In this document: positions 52,749 to 64,000 of the stretch, one piece after another | How positions within the stretch are numbered: position 1 is the first letter of the stretch | Layout of the letters: each line of letters opens with the position of its first letter | Origin: Octopus vulgaris | Taxonomy: Eukaryota | DNA length: 64,000 bases | Assembly: GCA_951406725.2 (NCBI GenBank) | Contig: OX597814.1 | Coordinates: 143,468,001-143,532,000 of the forward strand | Direction: 5' to 3' | Program-made: the position numbers and the translations under genes | The notes under the pieces: model-generated | Told to the model about the DNA's origin: nothing | The model's input: the letters and a program-made list of their open reading frames with translations, nothing else | The model's database searches: none

Positions 52749-54111
52749 TGTTGCTCCTACTTCCTGGAATGATTAAACAAGATTGCCACTGAGCTAATCT
52801 TTCATTGCCTAATTACTATTTCTAATTAGATATTCGATACTTACTACCATAAAGATATCAACACTAACATAGTTTTTTTTGTGTAGATACATAGATGATG
52901 TCTGTGAGAAAATATTGTTTGTGATTTGCCATTTAAAATGTTCTTACTCTTGCTTTAAACAATAGTAAATTCTGTCGATATTCTGATCGATAAAATAACT
53001 ATAGACAATGTAACTTTTGAAAAAAATATACACATAGTTATATAAACACATACACAAAACACAATCATGAACGCAAACATATACATACATTACACTTCTT
53101 TAAAAACTTTTTTTGATCGAAGCAAAAAAAAACTAAGAAATGATACGCGTGCGAAGTAGTAGATTTACTAACGTAAGGATGCTGACTTTATCCTGATTTA
53201 GAATAAATGATATAGTACGATACATAAGTCCACAGAACATTACTGATCGCTTTACGAAATATATCTAATTTATCAACTAGGATTAGTTTTTTTTTTTTAG
53301 TATATTTTTTAAGCTATGTCTGTTGCCATTTACTTGGTTAGATAGAGGAACTGATAGCACAATGTTTTTTTACATCATGTGATATAATGATGTCCGGATG
53401 GCGGTTTGATAACAGCAAAATATATAGTGAAGTGCGTTGATAACAGTCACGTCTAGGAATGGTTGGTGATGATGGTGTGCGGGGTGATAGACAGATAACT
53501 AGATGTGTAAATGAAAGTCCGATAATACGATGTCTGTCTCATAACATTAAAACCAGTTATATTTTATTCGTGATAAAATACAAGACGAGGAGAGCAACAG
53601 CTGCCTGCCAGGTTCTGTTTGATTTATCTAGTCATGTAAACCGACACTATTATAGACACATAAAAAAAAAGAAACAGAACTAAAATTAATACAAAGATGT
53701 ATAAAGTGCTTGATAATTAAATGAAATAAAACCTTGCTAATTGCACTAATTGCAACAAAAACATGGCATTATATAAATGCAGAAGAGAAACAGGAGTTGT
53801 TACGTGTTTAAGTTTTCCGATATAGTTATTTGTTAGTGGTTCGTGAGAAAAACATGTTAACATAGGAGTTCAGCAACTATATATGGATTATTTCAGCATA
53901 TCACCAGAGGAAGTATAATCTATTAAAAACAGTAGAATTTTAAAAATGGAAAAGTAGGTAGTTTCAGTAGTAGTTTTTTTGTTGTTGGTAGTACGTAGCC
54001 GTGACTATCCTTCCCGAGACACATAATACTTTTTGCTCCAGGTACAACATCGTTCAATTTGCCCTTCATTTTTAAGATTTTATATTGTAAATTAAACAGA
54101 GATTTGGCTGC

Positions 54112-54526
54112 ATACCTTTTTCGGTTTGAACGGCAGTTTTTCTAGCGGTGTCATATGAAATTGTCACCCATAATTATGACCCTAGTATCGATCTATTGCA
54201 TTTCAATCTGTTTTAGGTTAGGGTTAGGGGTAGGGGAAGGGTATCTTTTTTTCTTCACAAATGTAAATAAACCCAATCTGTTTCTTAAACGAGGGACATA
54301 TTCATACGGCACAGAATGTTTTCACCTCAATAGACGGTCATTGATTGGTTGAAATTGCCGAAATGCAAGAAATTAAAGACCAAATATCTTACAAACTATA
54401 GAATATTCTCAATAAAGCCAAGAGAAAAAGATGTTTTATAAACACATTCTACCAGTATACGAAGTTTAAAATTTTTTAGTTACCTAGAAATTATGTTAAA
54501 AACTGCCGTTCAAACCGAAAAGATCC
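54112..54526. mobile_element. MITE with 8-bp TSD (Merlin- or hAT-like)
   Basis: TIR ttttcggtttgaacggcagtttt / aaaactgccgttcaaaccgaaaagatcc. TSD ttggctgc at 54104-54111 and 54527-54534. Internal ttaggttagggttaggggtagggg. Confidence 0.85.
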
Positions 54527-55167
54527 TTGGCTGCTATAGCACTCCTTATTGGCTCGCTGTTAAGTTTCATTGTAATTTTATACTGTATTATATGATCAAT
54601 TAAGCCATACATCTAACAGTAATTATCCAGTATAAAACATTCTCTAAGTTGTTGCAGCCAAATCTCCCTGTAATCACACCTCACTGTCTTGAGAAAAGGA
54701 AGACCATATTGGGCATTGTAGTTCTAGATATTAAATAAAAATAAGTTTTTGATCTGACGTTTCGATAAACAATAATATCAGCAAAAATCCAACAAGCATG
54801 AAATTTCTTAAAGATTTTGAGAAGTCAATGGCACTGTGAAATCTACCTAAGCATAAACATTCCTCGAGATAGGTGAAACATTTATCTGGGAATTACATAA
54901 TCATGCAGAAAGGTTGTGAGAACTTTAGTAGTGATGTAATATTAGTTTATAAGTTTCACTCGAAAGAAATACCCAACTATGATGCTAAAGCGTCAATGAT
55001 ACGCTAATAAAAACAAAATGATACTGTTATAGAAACAACACTGATAAGAGCGGATTACAAGTAAACACTGTAATATGAAATGATAAAATTTTATTGTAAA
55101 ATGAAATCTACAATGATTTAGAACGGACTATTTTGTTGACATGTCTGAATTTTGTGCCGGAGATTTT

Positions 55168-55520
55168 CAGTTAGTTAGTTAGTTAGTTAGTTAATTTGGC
55201 TCAAAAGCAAATAGCAAGGCCATGTAGGGGGACATGGAGTTAAGTACAGGGTGGTGTTCATGTAAAGAGTTCAGGCCACTTGAGGTCAAGGAGGCTTTGA
55301 ACAAAGCGGTCGTCGGCATCTTCACCATCTCGTCTGGCAGCTTGTTCTACGGATCCGCAACCCGGACGGAGAAAGCTCCTCTCCTTCGATTGAGATGAAA
55401 TCGTCGCAGGTAGAGCTTTTCGGAATGACCCCGCAGCCGACGCTCTGGAGCAGGAGTGAAGAACAGCTCTTTCGAGGGGTTACACTTTCCGCTTATGATG
55501 TTGTGGGCGAGAATGAGATC
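55168..55520 (-). mobile_element. CR1/L2-type LINE 3' end with (TAAC)n tail
   Basis: DLILAHNIISG..RLRGHSEKL..RRGAFSVRVADP*NKLPDEMV..FKASLD. Confidence 0.88.
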
Positions 55521-55769
55521 AGAATCGTTAGAACATCGGACAAAATGTGTTACTGAGTTTAGCTGCGACACTTAACGTTATGAGTTCCAATTTCATCGAA
55601 GTCAACGTTTCCTTTCATTTTTCATCGTCAATAAAGTAAAATGTTACTCATGCACAAGGGTAAATTTACTCTACTAAAAGCTGGCACCCAAAGTTATTGT
55701 TTATTTCCCTGTTAGCCCTTATTGAGAAGCCCTGTAACCAACGACATTCTTGTCTTCTGTCACTCATAG

Positions 55770-55995
55770 TATTTTATTCTTTCACATGTTTCAGTCATTT
55801 GACTGCGGCCATGCTGGAGCACCGCATTTAATCGAATCAAATCGACCCCAGGACTTATTCTTTGTAAGCCCAGTACTTATTCTACCGGTCTCTTTTGCCG
55901 AACCGCTAAGTTACGAGGACCTAAACAGACCAGCATCGGTTGTCAAGCGATGTTGACGGGACAAACACAGATACACAACATATACACACACATAA

Positions 55996-56070
<75 letters not shown>

Positions 56071-56226
56071 TACATATATACGACGGGCTTCTTTCAGTTT
56101 CCGTCTACCAAATCCACTCACAAGGCTTTAGTAGAAGACACTTGCCGAAGGTTCCACACAGTGGGACTGAACCCGGAACCATGTGGTTGGTAAACAAGCT
56201 ACTTATCACACAGCCACTCCTGCGCT
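55770..56226 (-). mobile_element. SINE family B
   Basis: Reverse complement of the head, body and tail. Confidence 0.88.
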
Positions 56227-56594
56227 TATATATATATATTGGAAAACTTTACTTAGCGAGTGTAATTATCTGTCTTTAAGAGGGTAGGGTGGAATTCGAA
56301 GTAATTTCGGCAACAAATTCTTGCACGTCAAATTGCGCCATAGAACTGGTATCCTATTATTGTCGCTGTCTATCCGAGGGGGTGGGGAAGAGGTTTTAGA
56401 ATGATTTACGCTTTATGTTATATTTGGTTGGTACTTGTTGAGCTCCTGGAAAATCCTGATAGAGTAGAGCAATGATCAAGGGTAATCCAGCTATGGCCAC
56501 TCCGTTCCAATTTCGTGCAAAGTCATGTAGGATCTACATTATTTGAAGTGTTCTACTCTTAAACATATATACATATACATATGTATACATATAT

Positions 56595-56666
<72 letters not shown>

Positions 56667-56987
56667 GTGTGTTTACACAGACATATATTTGTTCGTCTCA
56701 CGTGCATTTGATCATGGGAGCATGGATTGGACAAATATATATTAATGAGACATTGTTTTAAAACTCTCATATCGCTAAACTTTACCTTTTTTGTTGTTTT
56801 CGAGTAAAGGACAATCTTCTGCTCTTTCTGAGATTGGTAGGACGATTGGAGAAGGATACCCTCAAACTGAAAATTGCAACAGGGAAGACTCTGCCACAGG
56901 CATTTAAAAGCCTTTTGGTGGTGTTAAACCGGGCGACCAATTAAGTCTCTCTTCTGCTATAATCTGTTAAAGAATAAAAAAGAAATA

Positions 56988-57051
56988 TGGCGTAGTGGTT
57001 AAGAGTGCAGGCTACTAACTCCAAGATTCCGAGTTCGATTCCTGGCAGCGA

Positions 57052-57096
<45 letters not shown>

Positions 57097-57252
57097 CAGC
57101 AACAACAACAACATCGAAAAATATCTTAGGAATGAGAACCCAGATTCGAAATTTCCTCAAGACACCTGGAGAAGGCTGGAGGGTATATCAGTCGAAACGT
57201 TGTGTTAAGAATAAACAAGACGAGGACCAATGCCCGTCAATTGTAAATAATG
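56988..57252 (+). mobile_element. Solo tRNA-head + hammerhead-tail element (SINE-like), same family as the PLE 3' unit
   Basis: A box tggcgtagtgg, B box gagttcgattcc (57031-57042), (AAT)n, HHR at 57161-57206. TSD-like taaaaaagaaata (56975-56987) / taaaaaaggaata (57253-57265). Confidence 0.85.
57161..57206 (+). ncRNA. Minimal type-I hammerhead motif
   Basis: gacac CTGGAGA a ggctg-gagggtatat-cagtc GAAA cg TT gtgtt. Combined with the 2389 copy, it reconstructs a canonical CTGATGA core. Confidence 0.7.
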
Positions 57253-57464
57253 TAAAAAAGGAATAGACTCAACTCAACACAGAAATTTTGTCTCTGAAAA
57301 CTGTGCTGTTAAGTTAAAAATGTCTCAGATTAGTATTAAGATATGGAGGTAAAAACAAGCATTGATTTAACAATGGGGGTGTTTCAAATTCACCTAAAAA
57401 AATTAGTTGTCGAACTCGCGCTAGCATAGTAAAACCGACGTAAAATGAAGGAACAAATACTCAC

Positions 57465-57616
57465 AGGTGCAGAAGTGGCTGTGTTGTAAGTAGCTTGCTT
57501 ACCAACCACATGATTCCGGGTTCAGTCCCACTGCGTGGCACCTAGACTTCTATAGTCTAGGGCCGACCAAAGACTTGTAAGTGGATTTGGTAGACGGAAA
57601 CTGAAAGAAGCCCGTC

Positions 57617-57677
<61 letters not shown>

Positions 57678-57895
57678 TGTGTGTTTGTGTGTGTGTTTGC
57701 CCCCTCCCCAATATCGCTTGAAAACTGATGCTGGTGTGATTACGTCCCCGTAACTTAGCGTTTCGGTAAAATAGACGGATAGAATAAGTACTAAACTTAC
57801 AATGAATAAGTCCTGGGGTCGATTTGCTCGACTAAAGGCGGTGCTCCAGCATGGCCGCAGTCAGATGGCTGAAACACGTAAAAGAATAAAAGAAT
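57465..57895 (+). mobile_element. SINE family B
   Basis: Full head, body and tail. Confidence 0.88.
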
Positions 57896-58723
57896 ATAAG
57901 TTTGTATGTGTATACACATGCACGTCTATATATGTGTTTGTGTGTGTGTGTGTGCGTGTGTGTGAGAGTGCGTATATATATATATAATGTGCATGTATGT
58001 GTAGTCACTCTTTGTATTTGAAGGTAGCAGCTAAATATACCTCAGATCACACCCTACAAACTTCAGAAAACTAGAGAGTACACTGGATGATGTATTGCTT
58101 GGATCTTCATAGGTGAAAAGATAAATCTAACAGAATGACCAGAGCTGGAATGGTCATAGCTCTGCTACTCAATCAAGGTTGGCCTGGGGTTAAACAACAA
58201 CAACAGCACTAACCCATTACCACCACCACCACCACCACCACCATCACCACTACCACCACCACTTTCAATAGTATTTGATTTACGAAACTGTAAATTGAAT
58301 ACAGTAGACGTAATAATTTTATGTCTGAAGAGAGATGGTGATGACCGACTGGGCGTTATATAAATAGGATATATATATATATAACAGAGTCTCTTATTAC
58401 ATTCTCCACACTGTCTGAATCGTGTTAGGAACTGTCTCCTTTATTTAAAAAAAATCAAAAAAAAAAAGAAAGAAAAAAGGAAAAGAAAAGAAAGGAAAGA
58501 AAGAAATGACAAAAAAAATTGAAATAGAAAAAGAAAAGAATAATTTATGCATTTACATTATATTATGTCATATTATGGCATTATTATTTTCGCTAGAGAG
58601 GTAATCGAGTTTTCTAGAATTGTAGCAGACAACCACTTCAAAAAAGTTCTGAGATTTAACGAAGTTAATGTTAAGTCTGTCTTCATTCTATGTTAGTCTG
58701 TTTTCAAACTGATCTCTTTTTAC

Positions 58724-58762
<39 letters not shown>

Positions 58763-58852
58763 TTCATTTATTTATTTATATTTAATAATTGTTTCTCATT
58801 TTTTTTTATTCGTTTCTTTTTCATCATTGTACACATCAATAAACAATTTATA

Positions 58853-58886
<34 letters not shown>

Positions 58887-58889
58887 ATG

Positions 58890-58934
<45 letters not shown>

Positions 58935-58963
58935 ATCAACATATATATGTGTGTGTGTGTGTA

Positions 58964-59010
<47 letters not shown>

Positions 59011-59332
59011 CCTTACGTCTACGTAGCAACACACATTGAGAGCCTCTACGTGGTTGCTTAACCTAACAAATAAAAAAACAGATGGCAAGTTAGTAAACAT
59101 AATTTCACTCAAATCGCAGCATATAGAAAGACAGGATGATCACGGCTAGGTAGCCTTTGATCGTAAGTCTGCTCTCTCAGGCCTTACCTGGAGTTAAATA
59201 GCAACAATAGTTACACTTTGACGCTTGTAATTGCTACCTTTGTGATCGTTATGATCATCGTCGTCGCCATCACCATCATTTATTTAATCCTATACCTCTT
59301 CCTCATCATCATCATTCATATCACATTCATGT

Positions 59333-59622
59333 GGAGGCACATGGCCTAGTGGTTAGAGCAGCGGACTCGCGGTCGAGGGATCGCGGATTCGAATCTCAGA
59401 TCGGGCGATGTGTGTGTGTTTATGAGCGAAACACCTAAGCTCCACGCGGCTCTGGCAGAAGGTAATGGCAAACTTCTGCTGACTCTTCCGCCACAACTTT
59501 CTCTCACTCTTTCCTCCTGCATCTTGCAGCTCACCTGCGACGGACCGGCGTCCTGTCCAGTGGGGGGGGGGACCTATACGCCAAGGAAACCGGGAAACCG
59601 GCCCTTATGAGCCACGCATGCC
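59333..59622 (+). mobile_element. tRNA-derived SINE (tRNA-Arg-like head)
   Basis: ggaggcacatggcctagtggttagagcagcggactcgcggtcg..ggattcgaatc. Tail shared with 52053-52282. Confidence 0.85.
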
Positions 59623-59710
59623 TCAACAATATCATATTCATGAAACAAACATCATCCTTGTCGTTACTACCATCATCGTCATCGCCGTCATAATTGATAT
59701 TTATCATCGT

Positions 59711-59744
<34 letters not shown>

Positions 59745-60910
59745 GTCAACAATACAGCAGTAACAACAACACAAATGAGGAAGGCAGCCTCTTTGTGGTT
59801 GTTCGATTTGTGAGAAAGAGCAGCGAAATCTCTTTCAAATCACACACTGCAACATTTTTTAGAAAGCAAAGAGATAATGCAGACCTAAGCAAGCCCAAAA
59901 GGACTAGATTGATCTCTGGAATGCCTTTAATCATAGGTTTCTTCGATCGTGGATGATCTGAGGCTAATGAGCAATAACACGTGTATAGTAGGTTGGTGAA
60001 ATTGCCAGAAGGTTGGACCAAGGGCTTGCATTATTCAATTACGATTGAAATGCTGCCCAGGTAAAAAAACAAAAGGGTTGTTTTTGATATTGCCGTGTTC
60101 ATGTCTTGTGCCTGCCCTATAGCAGAAAGGACATTTCCGGGTTCGATAAAATGCTGTACTTGTCAAGTACTGGTTGGGGTTAATGTATTTCTCGAAGCAT
60201 CTTATACGTGGACAGGATTGTAATAGAAAAAAAAGGGGGGAGGAGGAGAGAATAAAAAGGAGAAGAAGAAGGAGGAGGAAGAGGGGAGGATGAGCTGAAA
60301 AAGAAGGGGAGGAGGAAATGAAGGAAGAGGAGAAGAAAGAGAAGGAGAAGGAAGAGCGGAAGAGGAAGAGAAAGAAAAAGAAAAGGAGGAGAAGAAGAAG
60401 ATAAAGTAAAAAAAGAAGAAGAAGATGAAGAAGAAGAAGAAAAGGGTGATGATGATGAAGAAGGAGAAAAAGAAGAAAAAGAAGAAAATAAAACCAGCAA
60501 TAAAAGAATACGACTGGTTTTACGTTGTCGTTCGACTGTCTAGAAATAGTAACCTAATCTCCTTCAAATCACGCCCCCGCAACCCAATCTCTTTCAAAAA
60601 TCAGTGATGAAGACAAGTTAAACGACATCAAACACTATAGCAACAGAAGACAGATTATTGGTTTATCAATGTTAATTGCTTATTGTTAGACATATGATGT
60701 CGTGAAAAGCTATCACTCTCTCTCTCTCTCTCTCTTCCATTCTTCTCACTCTTTCTCTCTCCCCACCTTTCACGTTTTCTCTATCCTTCCTCGCTCCATC
60801 TTTCTACCCCCCCTCTCTCTCTCTCTCAGCCAATCATCAAGCAACATCAGTTCATAGGTCGTTAATGCTATTGTTGCTATTGTCCTCATCCTCATCTATT
60901 CCCCTGTGGC

Positions 60911-60968
<58 letters not shown>

Positions 60969-61194
60969 GAGTGAGTGACAGAGAGCAGTGCATGCCATCA
61001 AAGTGACACTGAGGTAAAATATACGGAGCCCAGAATACCCATCATGACACCCCATCTGAAAAGGGTACACAGAATAGACCCGCATATAGTGAATGACATG
61101 GTGTGTCAATCAGCACAAACACACGTCCGCTATCTGTGACATATACACTCACATCGTTTTCAAGCCTTGAAACTATAGTAGAAAGGATTATTAT

Positions 61195-61356
<162 letters not shown>

Positions 61357-61750
61357 GGCGGCGAGTTGGCAGAACCGTTAACACGCCGCGCAAAATATTT
61401 GGCAGCATTTCGCCTTTTATCGTCTTTATGTTCTGAGTTCAAATTCCGCCAAGGTCAGCTTTGCCTTTGGTCCTTTCGAGGTCGATGTAATCGACTAGCC
61501 TCTTCCCGCAAAAGATTAGACCTTAGGCCTATAGTAGAAACGATTATTTTTATTGAGGCGTCGAGTTGGCAAAATCGCTAGCAGGCTGGGCGAGATGCTT
61601 ATGTGATCCCGATTATGCGATCTGTTTTTCAACCCGACCGAGGTCAACTTTGCCTTTCATTCTATAATAAAAAGTCTAAAATATTTCAGCAGTTTAATGA
61701 CAAATTATTTGTATATATAACTAGACATGAAAAAATATTTATATCTCATA

Positions 61751-62622
<872 letters not shown>

Positions 62623-62677
62623 TTGTTTTATATTGTGTATTATATATATATGTTTTATATTGTGTATTATATATATA

Positions 62678-63142
62678 CTAGACTAGACTACCCGTGACCC
62701 ATTGGGTCACCTGGAAAGTTTGGGTTTCCCAGCAATTGAGCTTTCTTTCGTGGATTCTTTTTTTCTTTTCCAGGTTATTTCGCATGCCTTCAGCGAATGT
62801 GACATCAAAATCATGCGTAAACGGTTCCTTTCCCCAGAAAAGGAAATATTTGGCTGCTATTTCTTGCACGCCCTGCTACCACATAACGGGTATTGCGATC
62901 CTTTATCGCAAATAGCTGTTACGTGGTAACAGGGCGTACTAGAAATAGCAGCCAAATCTTTGAAGCTGAGATACGTTGAATTCACTCGAAAAAGTTTTCC
63001 GCTTTGACTCCCAGAACTCTCATCCGGATCACCTGGTTTTGTTCGGTAATTTCCGTAAATTCGTTTTATTTATTTACTTTTGTTTTAAAGTGAAAGAAAG
63101 GAGAAAATGAAGGATGTATGAACGTGTATATAAAATGGACGA

Positions 63143-63185
<43 letters not shown>

Positions 63186-64000
63186 TGTGTGTGTGTCACT
63201 TACGCATACCTTCACTCACTCACTCACTCACTCACTTTCTCTCTCACACACACACAAATGCACATGCACACGTACATAAAATAAGATGTATGCCTATGTA
63301 TTGATGTATGTAAGAATACATGACCATACACCCCTTCATTCATTCTCTCTTTCACCCTCTCTCTCCCTTTTTTTCTCTCTCTTCCTCTCTCTCCACTCTC
63401 TCGCTCTCTCTCTCTCTCTCATTTCTCTCTCTCTTTCATACACATGCACGTCCATTTTATATACATGTGCATACATCTTTCACCTTCACCTCTCTTTCAC
63501 TTTAAAAGTACATAAAATTTTTTACGGAAATTAACGAACTCCGGATGACAAGAGAAAGATTGACATTCACTTGAAAATAATTAAAAAAGAAACATTGAAA
63601 TATATTCTGTTTAAAGAAAGATAAAATATAAATACTTACTCTACAAAAAGCTTACATTTTTGGAATCACATTCAGTTAAAAATATGTCTAAACGATTAAA
63701 ATATTGCGTACGTCAAAAAGTTGGCATTTTTTCTCCTTAGGGAGCGTCAAAACGATGTGAGTGTATATGTCACAGATATCGGACGTGTGTTTGTGCTGAT
63801 TTCATGCCATGTCATTCACTATATGCGGGTCTATTCTGCATGTGTGTATGTGTGATGATGTCACGGAAGCCATGTTTTTTTCGTCAAGAAATAACTAACA
63901 AAAATTCTGTTTAATCATTTTCATTAATAAACATAGGTCCAGATGTCACAAAAATTTGTACCGCACTGCCGAATGTAAGTATGAAAATATATATACAAAA
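62678..64000 (-). mobile_element. Non-autonomous Helitron-like element, 3' portion; runs off the window
   Basis: The minus-strand end is a hairpin gtgaccc-aat-gggtcac followed by gggtagtCTAGtCTAG|t. 63420-64000 is homologous to 1-720. Continuity of the interior is assumed. Confidence 0.55.

Noticed and set aside
59333-59405. Functional tRNA genes at SINE heads (also 56988 and 27460-27528)
   Set aside because: Acceptor stems do not pair properly and the heads continue into SINE bodies.
59447-59485. agc-tccacgcg-gct as P3/L3 of an HDV-like ribozyme
   Set aside because: No matching P1, P1.1 GG or P2 could be built.

Overview
AT-rich, repeat-saturated eukaryotic DNA. The SINE families and microsatellite load look like coleoid cephalopod, probably Octopus (inference from pattern recognition, not verified). 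I found no intact host protein-coding gene, and nearly all ORFs in the track are translated (TA)n/(CA)n/(TAA)n microsatellites. The real coding signal is transposon-derived: a decayed Penelope-like element (RT + GIY-YIG); two young tandem R4/Dong-type RLE retrotransposons inserted in (TAA)n; CR1-, RTE- and other RLE-type LINE fragments; a mariner relic; and a possible Gypsy gag relic. There are also many tRNA-derived SINEs, MITEs and non-autonomous Helitrons. The most interesting signal is non-coding: about ten minimal type-I hammerhead-ribozyme (HHR) motifs in at least four small element families. (i) A tRNA-headed, HHR-tailed unit forms the 3' end of the Penelope element and also occurs solo with its own target-site duplication (TSD). 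(ii) ~200-bp (TA)n-embedded mini-elements carry one HHR each. (iii) Two unrelated fold-back elements carry HHRs with the compensatory U3-A8 core. Ribozyme activity and novelty are untested.
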